Assembly: GCA_963767735.1 (NCBI GenBank)
Contig: CAVYES010000002.1
Coordinates: 216,199-280,198 of the forward strand
Length of the DNA stretch: 64,000 bases
From: Candidatus Bathyarchaeota archaeon
GTDB lineage: Archaea; Thermoproteota; Bathyarchaeia; Bathyarchaeales; Bathycorpusculaceae
Direction of reading: 5' to 3'
A program made the position numbers and the translations under genes. Shown in pieces: positions 10,649 through 20,637 of this stretch. Position 1 is the first letter of the stretch. Every line of letters starts with the position of its first letter. The notes beneath the pieces are model-generated. The model ran no database searches, had not been told where the DNA came from, and worked only from the letters and a program-made list of their open reading frames with translations.

Positions 10649-12259
10649 TTTTGTGTTTTGCCACCTTCAGAAGCGTTAAGCTTATAGTTGGTTAGTAAAT
10701 TTTTGAATTTTTCCATAAACGCTGCATAATCAACTTGGTTTAGCTTTGGAGCGTCTGCAATTCTTGTTAGAGCATCCAAGTTTATGTATTGTTCTGCTGC
10801 TTCGATGGCTTGGGCTCCGAACTCTTCATATTTTATTTCGATTTCAGGTATCATGCCTCTTCCTTCCACGTCCATCCGCGGCACAATGCCCAGCAATTCA
10901 ACGCCTGCGTTTTCGAAGGCGCGTTTCATGGTCAGCTTGATTTCGTCGGTTAGGTAGCTTATGCGCGCTTTGTTTAGGATTACACCGGTTATTTTTACTC
11001 CAAGGCTTCTGAGAATATTCACGTAATTAAGCGTGTTAATCAATGCGCCTTCTATGCCTTCTTTGTCACAGCTAACCACAACAATGGTGGATGCGCCCAA
11101 AGCCGCTGCAACCTCAGCTGTTGAAGTCGGCCTCACAACTTTATCCATTAACAGCCCAGTGAAAGCACTCATAGCTCCTTCAACGAGAAGAAAATCGTGA
11201 TTTTGGCTGGCTTCCCCAACTGCTTCAGCTAAAGGTTTCCAGCCGCTTTCCCCAATTTTAATCGACGAATAAGCCTTAATCGGCTCTTTAATGAGGTAGA
11301 GTGCAGGCACGGCGTCTCGTATATCTCCGCCGACTTTAATGACTCCAACTTTGAAGCCTCTCTTTTTTAATGCGCCAGCGATTCCTGCCACGAGGAAAGT
11401 TTTTCCTGAACCGCTTCCTGTCGCCGTTACCAACAGTAGACGCGGCGTTTTTTGGTTGACTGGGTCTTGCTGATGGATGTTGGTTGAGATTCCGACTTCG
11501 CATTTAATTCGTTCTAAAAGTTTGGCGTTGGCGCTTCGAATTGCTTCGAGCTCGATTGCGTTTATGCCCAGCGATTTAGTGATGCTTTCAATAATGGTTG
11601 GGTTTTGATCTAATAATCCGTGGATGAATATGCCGACCACATTGCCTTCCTTGTTGGCTACTCCTGAAATCAAATCCTGAGGGTCCTTGTGATAGTTGAC
11701 GCGTTTGGCGTGTGAAACAAGAATGGTTTTTGCATCCTTGATGCAGCACGATTTTGCCGTAGGTGTGGCAGTGGAACCCTGAAACTTCTTTGCCGACTTC
11801 TTCTGTGATGAAGCTTTTATCAGTTATAGTGGCACTCACGCGGTCTGTGCAGATTAACGGCTTAAACTCTGCATCTAAAAGTCCTAAGCCTTCTTTAGTT
11901 ATGGGAACTGTTGATAGGCGCCCAACATCGGTTTCTTTTGCAAGTATTTGGAAGCCTGAGCAGATTCCAAGCACGAATTTGCCGCTGTCAGCCATTTTCA
12001 TTATTTCCCGCGCAACTTTCTTGTTAATGCTTTGTGATTCAACGAGGCTTCCGCCTGGGATAATTATCATGTCCAAAATTTCAGAAGCGGGTTTGCCGTC
12101 TACAAGCGCATCGGAGCAAACTAGGTCGGTTGGCAAGTTTCCGAAGTCTTCGAAGCATGGAAGCGCTCCTGGAAGGTAAACCAAACCGATTCTATGCTTT
12201 AAATTCGTCCAAACTTGCCCCCAACGCGTATTTAAGTAAAGCTTATATTTAAGCCGCAT
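10639..12259 (-). CDS. CobQ/CobB-like amidase with N-terminal glutamine amidotransferase and C-terminal CbiA-type ATPase (one frameshift near 11735; true start uncertain)
   Basis: IIPGGS, GICSGFQ, GLGLLD, GIFIHG (GATase) followed by TATGSGSGKT, VEGAMSAF, GVILN (CbiA/dethiobiotin-synthase-like ATPase). Confidence 0.8.
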
Positions 12260-13559
12260 GGTTTATCCAACCATGCATTCCTCGGCGAAGATAGACCACG
12301 TCATCAACGTTAGAATAACGCATAAAACAGCCCGAGTACCGTTAATGGAGGCTGTGGCGTTTAAAGACAAGGAAAAGGCGCTTGCCGAGATTCGTTCCCT
12401 TGAAGATGTGGAAGAATGCTTACTTCTTCAGACATGTAACCGCATCGAAATCTATGTTGTTACCGAAGATGCTGAAAAAGCCGTTAATTTGGTTAAGGAT
12501 TATTGGGTGAAAAAAGCCATGGCGCACACCGAGGAAGCATCTAACGCCATGGAAACTTCGATAGACAACGATGCTTTCAATCACCTCTTACGAGTTACTT
12601 CAGGTTTAGAATCAATGGTGATAGGCGAAGACCAAGTTCTCAATCAAGTCTGGAACGCTTACTTAGAAGCAGAAAACGCCAAAACAATCGGTCCAATCAT
12701 AAAGCACCTTTTTAATCGTGCAATGACCGTGGGCAGACGTGTAAGAAACGAAACAGGCATCAACAAAGGCGCAGTGTCAATTGGTTCAGCAGCGGTTGAA
12801 TTAGCCGTCAATTTGCTTGGCAATTTGGAAGACAAGAAAATTTTGGTTATGGGCGCTGGGGAAATAGGAACCCTTGTAGCTAAAGCCTTGGCACGGCGCT
12901 GTCTAAGTCCAATCTTTATTGCCAATAGAACCCATGAACGTGCGGTAAAATTAGCCGAAGACCTCTCGGGGCAAGCAGTAATGTTTAATCAGTTTGAAGA
13001 AGTGCTCGTTGACGCTGACGTGGTAATTTGCTCAACTTCGGCGCCACATTACTTGTTAACCAAAGAAATGGTCACACACTTAATGAAAAAACGCACAAAC
13101 AAAGATGACCTTTTAATTATTGATATCTCAAATCCGCGCAACGTGGAAAAAACTGTTCAGGAAGTCGCGAGAACAAAACTCTACAATATCGATGATTTGC
13201 AGTTAATTGCAGAAAAAAACAAGCAAGAACGAGAAAAAAGCATTGATCAAGCGGTCAAAATCTTAGATAAAGAAGTTGTCATTCTCAATCAGGACATGAA
13301 AAGCTTCTCGGTTCGCCTGATTATTTCGTCGCTGCTTTCCCAAGCCGAGGAAGTCCGGCAAAAAGAACTTGCAACCGCTTTAGGCATGATAGGTGATGTG
13401 GATGAGAGAGAGCGGGAAATTCTTGATGATTTAACTTCTATTTTGCTAAAACAAACATTTGTGCCGATTGTTGAAAACTTAAGGTTAGCCGCCAAAAACG
13501 GCGACGAGCAACTAATCGATCTGGCAGTTAAATTGTTTGAAAAAAAGGGGAAAAACTGA
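12258..13559 (+). CDS. hemA: Glutamyl-tRNA reductase
   Basis: QTCNRIE, GLESMVIGEDQVL, GAGEIG, ANRT, DISNPRNV. Confidence 0.96.
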   Translation: MVYPTMHSSAKIDHVINVRITHKTARVPLMEAVAFKDKEKALAEIRSLEDVEECLLLQTCNRIEIYVVTEDAEKAVNLVKDYWVKKAMAHTEEASNAMETSIDNDAFNHLLRVTSGLESMVIGEDQVLNQVWNAYLEAENAKTIGPIIKHLFNRAMTVGRRVRNETGINKGAVSIGSAAVELAVNLLGNLEDKKILVMGAGEIGTLVAKALARRCLSPIFIANRTHERAVKLAEDLSGQAVMFNQFEEVLVDADVVICSTSAPHYLLTKEMVTHLMKKRTNKDDLLIIDISNPRNVEKTVQEVARTKLYNIDDLQLIAEKNKQEREKSIDQAVKILDKEVVILNQDMKSFSVRLIISSLLSQAEEVRQKELATALGMIGDVDEREREILDDLTSILLKQTFVPIVENLRLAAKNGDEQLIDLAVKLFEKKGKN

Positions 13560-13560
13560 T

Positions 13561-14634
13561 TTGGCGAAGGCTACGTTGGATAATGTTGGTTTAATTCTGA
13601 TTGGGCATGGAAGCAAACTGCCTCATAACAGAGAAAACATTGAGAAGTTAGCTGAAATTCTGCGTCAACGGTCCAAGTTCAAGATTGTTGACATCGCGTT
13701 TATGGTTAAGGATACACCGACGATTACTGAAGCAATAGATTCGCTTGCAGTGAGGGGCGTATCTAAGATTGTGTTGGTTCCTGCTTTTCTTGCTCCTGGC
13801 GTGCACACTACACAAGATATTCCTGAGTTGATTGGTGTGAAAGAGAAGGAGTCTCAACTTAAAGCACGTGGAATAGAACTTTTTTATGGCGAACCTTTAG
13901 GCAGCGACGAGCGAATTGCCGACATCTTAGAGGAAAAAGCCCTAAAAGCGTTGGGGCAAGATATCAAGCGAGACGGCGAGATTGTTGATGCTTACTCTAT
14001 TGCTGCCTCAAGCAAGATTGTTGACAAAAGCATGATGCTTATCCGCGAAGCCATCGGTGATACTTTAGCTAACGTGCCTAAAAATCAAATTCCAATAATC
14101 GAGCGGGTAGTTCACACCACTGCCGACCCTGAATTCGCTAAACTCCTAGTCATCAGCGAAGACGCAGTGAACGCGGGTGTATCCGCGATTAAAGCTGGCG
14201 CAAAAATAGTGACTGATGTGAAGATGGTGAAGGCAGGCATCAATGAGGCTCGGCTTAAAAAGTTCAGCGGCAAAATCTCCACGTACATGAATGATGAACG
14301 TGTTGTAAAGCTGGCTAATTCTGAATCGTTAACGCGGTCTGCGGCTGCCATGCGTTTAGCAGTAAAAGACGGCTTAGATGGCGCTATCGTGCTTATTGGG
14401 AACGCTCCAACGGCGGCCTTTGAGCTTGCTGAACAGATAAAGAAAGGCATCGTTAAGCCAGCGTTAATAGTAGCTGTACCCGTCGGTTACGTGGGCGCAG
14501 CCGAATCAAAAGAAGTAGTCGCCAAACTCCCCGTGCCATTCATCATTACCAGGGGGCGCAAAGGCGGCAGCACCATTGCAGTAGCAGTCTTCAACTCATT
14601 GCTTTCTATGGCGGAAGGCAAAGCATACGGTTAA
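13561..14634 (+). CDS. cbiC: Sirohydrochlorin cobaltochelatase CbiX(S) fused to cobalt-precorrin-8 methylmutase CbiC
   Basis: LIGHGS..PAFLAPGVHTTQDIP..EPLG, then RVVHTTAD, TDVKMV, GNAPTA, PVGYVGAAESK, GRKGGS; TTG start at 13561. Confidence 0.92.
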   Translation: MAKATLDNVGLILIGHGSKLPHNRENIEKLAEILRQRSKFKIVDIAFMVKDTPTITEAIDSLAVRGVSKIVLVPAFLAPGVHTTQDIPELIGVKEKESQLKARGIELFYGEPLGSDERIADILEEKALKALGQDIKRDGEIVDAYSIAASSKIVDKSMMLIREAIGDTLANVPKNQIPIIERVVHTTADPEFAKLLVISEDAVNAGVSAIKAGAKIVTDVKMVKAGINEARLKKFSGKISTYMNDERVVKLANSESLTRSAAAMRLAVKDGLDGAIVLIGNAPTAAFELAEQIKKGIVKPALIVAVPVGYVGAAESKEVVAKLPVPFIITRGRKGGSTIAVAVFNSLLSMAEGKAYG

Positions 14635-14648
14635 CTGGGGCATGTGTT

Positions 14649-15749
14649 TTGGCGAGGTTTTTGAAATATGGCATAACAACAGGTGCATCCGCGGCAGCGG
14701 CTGCTAAAGCCGCCTTAATAGCTGTGCTTACGAAACCTGTTGACCGAGTGGTGATACCAACTCCGATTGGATTGCGCTTTGAGGTGCCTGTGAAATCGAG
14801 CAGAAAACTCGCCGCTGATACGGCAGAGGCTGTAGTTGTAAAGGATGCTGGAGAAGACATTGATGCCACCGATAAAATGGAGATAACTGCAACAGTAAAA
14901 CTAACAGACGACGGCAAAATCACCATTAAAAGCGGCGAAGGCATTGGGAAAGTTACAAAGCCGGGGCTGCAAGTCGCGATTGGCGAGCCAGCGATTAACC
15001 CAGTGCCAAGAAGCATGATAACTGAAGCAGTCAAAGAAGTGTTGCCTGCGGGCAGTGGCGTCGAAGTAACAATCACGGCGCCTGAAGGAGAAAGAATCGC
15101 TAAGAAAACATGGAATGCAAAGCTGGGCGTTGTGGGCGGTGTCTCCATTTTGGGTACAACAGGCGTAGTAAAACCGTTGTCTTCGGAAGCGTGCCGACGC
15201 TCGCTGGTTCCCCAAATTGATGTCGCCCTAGCGCGTGGCTACAAGCGAATATTCTTTGTTCCGGGGAATATTGGAGAAAAAATGGCTAAACAGAAGTTTA
15301 ATGCGCCTGAGGATGCGATAGTTCAAACTGGCGATTTTGTCGGTTACATGCTTGATAAAGCCGTGGAAAAAGGTGTTAAAGAAATCATTGTTCTGGGTCA
15401 TTCTGGGAAATTGGTAAAGTTGGCGGCTAACATTTTTAACACACACCATAAAGTCGGGGATGCACGCAACGAAGTTATCGCTTCTTACGCAGGCGCTGTC
15501 GGAGCCGACACCAAGACCATAAACGCACTATTGCAGGCTAACACTTCCGATGAAGCCTCAGAAATTCTTAAGCAAGCGAACCTGTTGGAAGCTGCTTATG
15601 ACAGAGTTGCTCAAAGAGTTAGTCAGCGGGTAATCGATAGGGTGGAAAGTAAAATTAAGATAAGCGTGGTAATTGTTTCCATGGATGGCAAAGTTCTTGG
15701 AATGGACCAGAACGCGAGGTGCAACCAACCTTGGCTAAACTTAACATAG
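14649..15749 (+). CDS. cbiD: Cobalt-precorrin-5B C1-methyltransferase
   Basis: YGITTGASAAAAAKA, KDAGEDIDAT, AINPVPR, GGVSILGTTG. Confidence 0.96.
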   Translation: MARFLKYGITTGASAAAAAKAALIAVLTKPVDRVVIPTPIGLRFEVPVKSSRKLAADTAEAVVVKDAGEDIDATDKMEITATVKLTDDGKITIKSGEGIGKVTKPGLQVAIGEPAINPVPRSMITEAVKEVLPAGSGVEVTITAPEGERIAKKTWNAKLGVVGGVSILGTTGVVKPLSSEACRRSLVPQIDVALARGYKRIFFVPGNIGEKMAKQKFNAPEDAIVQTGDFVGYMLDKAVEKGVKEIIVLGHSGKLVKLAANIFNTHHKVGDARNEVIASYAGAVGADTKTINALLQANTSDEASEILKQANLLEAAYDRVAQRVSQRVIDRVESKIKISVVIVSMDGKVLGMDQNARCNQPWLNLT

Positions 15750-16405
15750 TCGGCGCAGGTCCAGGTTCACCCGATTACGTGACGCCTGCAGCAAGAAAAA
15801 CCGTCCAGCATGCTGAGGTTGTTATTGGCGCCCAAAGAAGCCTAAACCTATTCGCCGAGGACATTAAAGGAGAAATTGTGGTTTTAACAGCTAAAAACCT
15901 AAACAGCGGCCTCAAGTTTGCGGCTGAATCAGCCCAGAAAGGCAAGAATGTGGTTTTGCTATCTACGGGTGACCCGGGCTTCTCAGGGCTGCTGCAAACC
16001 GTTTTAGAGAGCGGTTTGGTTACGGCAGAGGAAATTAACGTTGTGCCAGGTGTAAGCTCGATTCAAGCGTGCGCTGCCAGGCTAAGCATAAGCTGGGACG
16101 ATACGTGCCTGTTCACCTTCCATGAAGGCAACGTGACCGCTGAAGACAAAAACCATTTAGTTTCATGCGTTAAAGAAGGAAAAAATGTAATGCTTCTTCC
16201 AGACCAACGAGGCTTTCCGCCGAGTCAAATCGCAAGCGCTCTTCTCAACGCCGGAGTTGATAAGGAAACGGCTGTTTTTGTTTGTGAGAATTTAACCCTA
16301 GACGATGAGCAAGTTACCTTCAGCACTCTGGAAGAAATTTCTAAACAGGTGTTTCAATCTTTATGTGTAATGGTTATCAAAGGAAACCGTAACGGGAAAG
16401 GATAA
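15731..16405 (+). CDS. cbiE: Cobalt-precorrin-7 C5-methyltransferase
   Basis: IVGAGPG, LSTGDPGFSG, PGVSSIQ..AARL, CENLT. Confidence 0.92.
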   Translation: MAKLNIVGAGPGSPDYVTPAARKTVQHAEVVIGAQRSLNLFAEDIKGEIVVLTAKNLNSGLKFAAESAQKGKNVVLLSTGDPGFSGLLQTVLESGLVTAEEINVVPGVSSIQACAARLSISWDDTCLFTFHEGNVTAEDKNHLVSCVKEGKNVMLLPDQRGFPPSQIASALLNAGVDKETAVFVCENLTLDDEQVTFSTLEEISKQVFQSLCVMVIKGNRNGKG

Positions 16406-16410
16406 GTGGA

Positions 16411-17019
16411 TTGTGTATGGCTAAACTTTGGGCTTATAAAACTGCTGGAATACCGGACGAGTTGTTTAACCAAAATGATAAGGTGCCTGGTCCAACCAAA
16501 GAAGAAATCCGAGCAATTACAATCTCTAAAGCACGTTTATGCGAAGGCTCCATAGTTATCGACGTCGGCTGCGGCACAGGCGGCTTAACAGTTGAGGCTG
16601 CTCTGCAAGTGGCGCCAAAAGGCAAGGTTTACGCCGTTGACGAAGACCCAGCAGCAATTGACTTAACCAAGAGCAACGTGGAAAAGTTTGGCTTTAAAGA
16701 AAATGTCGTTATCTCTCTCGGCAAAGCACCCGAGGCACTTGCCAGCCTTCCATTGACGGATGCTATCCTGATAGGGGGCAGCGGTTTCTTGAGTGACGTT
16801 CTCCTTGTAGCCAAAGCCAAGCTGAAATCGAACGGCAGAATAGCCATCAATGCAATACTTTTGGAGACGGCTTGCACGGCAGTGGATGAACTAAAAAGTT
16901 TAGGCTTCAAAGATATCGACGTCTGCCATATCTCGGTGGCGAAAGGAAAGCAAATAAACAGCGGGACTATGATGTTGGCGAGAAATCCCATTACAATAGT
17001 TTCAGCCACGAAACCTTAG
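16411..17019 (+). CDS. cbiT: Cobalt-precorrin-6B C15-methyltransferase (decarboxylating)
   Basis: GIPDELF, PTKEEIR, DVGCGTGG, NAILLET, ARNPI. Confidence 0.93.
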   Translation: MCMAKLWAYKTAGIPDELFNQNDKVPGPTKEEIRAITISKARLCEGSIVIDVGCGTGGLTVEAALQVAPKGKVYAVDEDPAAIDLTKSNVEKFGFKENVVISLGKAPEALASLPLTDAILIGGSGFLSDVLLVAKAKLKSNGRIAINAILLETACTAVDELKSLGFKDIDVCHISVAKGKQINSGTMMLARNPITIVSATKP

Positions 17020-17802
17020 GTGAAAATTGATTTGGCTGGAACATTCATAGGCATCGGCGTAGGTCCAGGCGACCCAGAACTCATCACGATAAAAGCGGCA
17101 AAAGCTCTCAAGACAGTGGACGTCATCTGCGTACCAAAATCACACGCGAGTAAACCCAGCATGGCGCTAGGCATGGTTAAGAAAATTCTAGATGAACGCC
17201 AGAAACCCGCCGAGATTTTAGAACTCATCTTTCCCATGACCAAAAACGAATTTAACAACCGCAAACTCTGGGTGGAAAACGCCGCCATAGTTGCTGCAAA
17301 AGCCAAAAAAGGCAATGTTGCCTTCATCACTTTAGGCGACCCGATGCTCTACAGCACCTTCCTCTACCTCTATGAATGTGTAAAGGAAACCTACCCCGAA
17401 GTTGAACTAGAAATCATACCTGGCGTAACCTCGGTTAGCGCCGCAGCAGCAAGCTCCAAGTTGCCCCTAGCTGAGAAAGAGGAAGTGGTTACAATTATGC
17501 CATCAGACCTAAACCCTACATTAATAGAGAAAACCGCCAAACATGCTGACAATATTGTTTTCATGAAGTGCGCTCACCGCATTAAAGAGTTTATCCCCAT
17601 TCTTTTGAAGGCAGGTTTCACGGAAAACTCAACCATCGCCCTAGTCAAACGATGCACTCTGCCTGAAGAGAAAGTTCTCGTTGGCAAACTGGGTGAAGTA
17701 AATCAATGGGACATAACTGAAGATTACTTCTCAGTAGCCATCGTTAAGAAAAGCAAAGTTCCCATACACTGGAAACAAAACGGAAACGGTGGCAAAGCAT
17801 GA
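17020..17802 (+). CDS. cbiL: Cobalt-sirohydrochlorin C20-methyltransferase
   Basis: GIGVGPGDPELITIKA, FPMTK, ITLGDPMLYST, PGVTS, FMK. Confidence 0.93.
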   Translation: MKIDLAGTFIGIGVGPGDPELITIKAAKALKTVDVICVPKSHASKPSMALGMVKKILDERQKPAEILELIFPMTKNEFNNRKLWVENAAIVAAKAKKGNVAFITLGDPMLYSTFLYLYECVKETYPEVELEIIPGVTSVSAAAASSKLPLAEKEEVVTIMPSDLNPTLIEKTAKHADNIVFMKCAHRIKEFIPILLKAGFTENSTIALVKRCTLPEEKVLVGKLGEVNQWDITEDYFSVAIVKKSKVPIHWKQNGNGGKA

Positions 17803-18560
17803 ACAGAGTTGTTTTTATCGGCGCAGGCCCTGGAGACCCAGAGCTAATTACCCTCAAAGGAAAACGGTGCTTAGAGCAAGCTGAGGTGGTAATTTACGCT
17901 GGTTCACTTTTGAATCCACAAATCCTCAGTTACGCCAAGCCAAGCGCCCAGCTTTATGACAGCGCCAAAATGAGCCTGCCCGAAGTCCTAAAAGTCATGG
18001 TTGAAGCCGCCAGGGCAGGGAAGCTTGTGGCAAGAGTGCACGATGGAGACCCAAGCTTCTACGGAGCCATTCAAGAACAAATGGACGCGCTAGACAAAGA
18101 AAAAATAGAATACTTCCGAATTCCAGGCGTAAGCTGCCTGCAAGGAGGCGCAGGAGCCTTAAACCGCGAATTAACCTTACCTAACATTTCACAAACCGTA
18201 ATTATAACGCGTCCAGAAGGCAGAACGCCCGTGCCCGAAGCGGAAACCCTCAGCAAACTCGCCATGCACCAAGCAACCATGGTCATCTTCTTGGGTACTC
18301 CGCATATTGCGCGTGTCGTGGAGGAGCTTCTGATAGGAGGCTACCCGAAAGATACCCCCGCACAAGTTGTTTACAAAGCCACGTGGCCTGAGCAAAAAAT
18401 CGTGAAGGGCACATTAAGCGATATAGTCGCAAAAGTTAAGACGGCGGGCATAACTGAGACAGCGTTGATTTTTGTGGGAAAAGTCTTGAATCCGCAATCT
18501 TATGATTTATCAAAGCTTTATGACCCAAAGTTCACTACAGGTTTCCGTAAAGGAGAATAG
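17799..18560 (+). CDS. cbiF: Cobalt-precorrin-4 C11-methyltransferase
   Basis: YAGSL, RVHDGDPSFYGAIQEQ, ELTLPNISQTVIITR, KATWPEQ, SKLYDPKF. Confidence 0.95.
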   Translation: MNRVVFIGAGPGDPELITLKGKRCLEQAEVVIYAGSLLNPQILSYAKPSAQLYDSAKMSLPEVLKVMVEAARAGKLVARVHDGDPSFYGAIQEQMDALDKEKIEYFRIPGVSCLQGGAGALNRELTLPNISQTVIITRPEGRTPVPEAETLSKLAMHQATMVIFLGTPHIARVVEELLIGGYPKDTPAQVVYKATWPEQKIVKGTLSDIVAKVKTAGITETALIFVGKVLNPQSYDLSKLYDPKFTTGFRKGE

Positions 18561-18564
18561 TGAA

Positions 18565-19665
18565 ATGTACACTAATGGAATAGCTGTTGTTGCAATCACA
18601 GGGCGGGGCGTAGAAACCGCATTAAAAATTAAAGAAGCATTAAACAACGCAGGCCTATCATGCATCGTTTACGCGCCAAAAAAATACGTTCAAAACGGCG
18701 TTATCCCCTTAAATAAAAAAATAGATGAATTTGTTAAAGACACATACGATGAAGTGGACGCTTTAGTTGCGGTTATGGCAACAGGTATAACAATTCGGGC
18801 TGTAGCGCCTTATCTTGAAAGTAAGTTCACTGACCCAGCGGTCATAGGTGTTGACGCGGCTGGAAAATTTGTTATAAGCCTCTTGGCAGGCCATTATGGA
18901 GGGGCAAACGAATTAGCCAGAATAATTGCAGAAGGTATCGGCGGAACAGCAGTTATTACAACGGCATCCGACGCCACAGGTAAACAGAGCGTTGATGAGC
19001 TTGCAAGAATCCTGCATTTAACCATTCAGAACCCTGAAAGCCTCATAGCTGTTAACTCTGCTATCGTCAATGGTGGCCACTTGGTCGTGGTATTAATCGG
19101 CGACGTTGAAATCCCAACCAGCCAGATTGGCTGCTACGAAGTTAAAAAGACAGAAAACGCCTCTCAAGCCCTGGAAATAATTAACAGTTATGACGCGGGC
19201 ATCTTGATTTCAGCCGAACCTTTGACCCCGCAAGTTTTAAGGATTGACAAGTTTGTTAAGCCATTTACCATACTTAAAACTAAACTTGTAGTTGTCGGGT
19301 TAGGAGCAAGGAAAGACTCAAGCGCAGACAGCATAGTGGAAGCTGTGGACACTTCTTTAGAACGGGTACATTTGTCTTTAGCCAGCGTTAACCGTTTCGC
19401 TACAGTTGACATAAAACGTGATTCGCCAGCTATGCTAAAAGCCGCGGAACAGTTGGGTAAGCCGCTTGAGTTTTTAAGCGTCGATGCACTCCGTTCTCTA
19501 AGTCATAGGGATCTTTCGCCTGATTCAAAGATGGTTCAGGAAAAGATTGGTGTTGGAGGGGTATGTGAACGAGCAGCACTGATAGTAGCGGGAAAAAACT
19601 CGAAGTTAATACTCAAAAAGACCAAGCTCAACGGGGTAACTGTAGCAATAGCCGAGGGCGAATAA
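18565..19665 (+). CDS. cbiG: Cobalt-precorrin-5A hydrolase
   Basis: MATGITIR, DPAVIGVD, SLLAGHYGGAN, VITTASD, GVGGVCERAAL, GVTVAIA. Confidence 0.93.
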   Translation: MYTNGIAVVAITGRGVETALKIKEALNNAGLSCIVYAPKKYVQNGVIPLNKKIDEFVKDTYDEVDALVAVMATGITIRAVAPYLESKFTDPAVIGVDAAGKFVISLLAGHYGGANELARIIAEGIGGTAVITTASDATGKQSVDELARILHLTIQNPESLIAVNSAIVNGGHLVVVLIGDVEIPTSQIGCYEVKKTENASQALEIINSYDAGILISAEPLTPQVLRIDKFVKPFTILKTKLVVVGLGARKDSSADSIVEAVDTSLERVHLSLASVNRFATVDIKRDSPAMLKAAEQLGKPLEFLSVDALRSLSHRDLSPDSKMVQEKIGVGGVCERAALIVAGKNSKLILKKTKLNGVTVAIAEGE

Positions 19666-20393
19666 GCGTAGTCGGCATTGGACCCGGCAGCCTGGAACAT
19701 TTAACGCCTAAAGCAAGAAACGAAATTGAAAACGCCGACGTAATAGTCGGCTACGGCACATACATAAAATTAATCCAAGCCATCATCAAACCAAACGTAG
19801 AAGTGTTTTCTGGAACCATGGGTAAAGAGGTTGAACGAGCCGAAATCGCCGTTTCAAAAGCTTTGGAGAACTATCGTGTCGTGATAGTTAGCAGCGGTGA
19901 CCCAGGAGTTTACGGCATGGCTGGCATCGTTTTGGAAGTCGTTGAAATGGAAAAAGCAAATGTACCCGTTGATATTGTTCCAGGCGTTACAGCCGCAACG
20001 ACTGCTGCGTCAAAGCTTGGCGCCCCTTTGGTTAGCGATTTCGCAGTGATTAGCTTAAGTGATTTGTTGACTCCTTGGGAAAAAATTGAGCACAGGTTGG
20101 AAGCAGCCTCAGCGGCCGACTTTGCCATCGTACTGTATAATCCCCAAAGTCAAGGTAGGATTGAGCCGCTGACTAAAGCGTTCGAAATACTGCTCAAGCA
20201 CATGAGCCCTGAGACTCCGGTAGGCATTGTGAAGCAAGCTGGACGCGTAGGAGAAGAAGTCACTATTACAACGCTTAAAAACATGTTGACAGCTGAAATA
20301 GACATGGTTACCACAATAATTGTAGGTAACTCGGCAACCAAGACAATTAACGGCAAAATGGTTACCGCTCGCGGCTACGATCTTTCAAGTTAA
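19662..20393 (+). CDS. cbiH: Cobalt-precorrin-3B C17-methyltransferase; conserved N-terminus has no canonical start codon
   Basis: Frame of ORF 19803-20393 extends upstream as ISVVGIGPG..ADVIVGYGTY; SSGDPGVYGMAG, ISLSDLLTPW, LYNP, TARGY. Confidence 0.9.
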   Translation: MSVVGIGPGSLEHLTPKARNEIENADVIVGYGTYIKLIQAIIKPNVEVFSGTMGKEVERAEIAVSKALENYRVVIVSSGDPGVYGMAGIVLEVVEMEKANVPVDIVPGVTAATTAASKLGAPLVSDFAVISLSDLLTPWEKIEHRLEAASAADFAIVLYNPQSQGRIEPLTKAFEILLKHMSPETPVGIVKQAGRVGEEVTITTLKNMLTAEIDMVTTIIVGNSATKTINGKMVTARGYDLSS

Positions 20394-20637
20394 AATTAAT
20401 CCTGATATTGACCGGTCACGGACCGGGATTGTGGATAATTAGAGCTTGAACTGAGGTTGTTTTCGTTTTGTGATTGCAATCTTTACTTTTTTTCACTTGT
20501 TTCAGGAATTTAGGCAATGTCCAAGTTAAAACTAAGTTTGATTAAAACTTTGACAAACGCTCAACAAAATAAACCGGTTCTTTTTTCAACATAAATAGAA
20601 TCTTTTGAATTATAAAAAAGAAAGAAAAAGAGAATTT

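Noticed and set aside
12190-12215. Non-canonical (TTA or ACG) start for the CobQ-like gene
   Set aside because: Removing one A from TTTAAAG gives a normal TTG start (MDEFKHRIG), and this region is indel-prone.
12200-12270. Cobalamin riboswitch ahead of the cob/hem operons
   Set aside because: The divergent gap is only about 60 bp of TATA-like sequence, with no room for the motif.
17014-17025. cbiT TAG immediately followed in frame by the cbiL GTG (possible read-through fusion)
   Set aside because: Abutting stop and start codons are ordinary translational coupling, and both proteins are full length.
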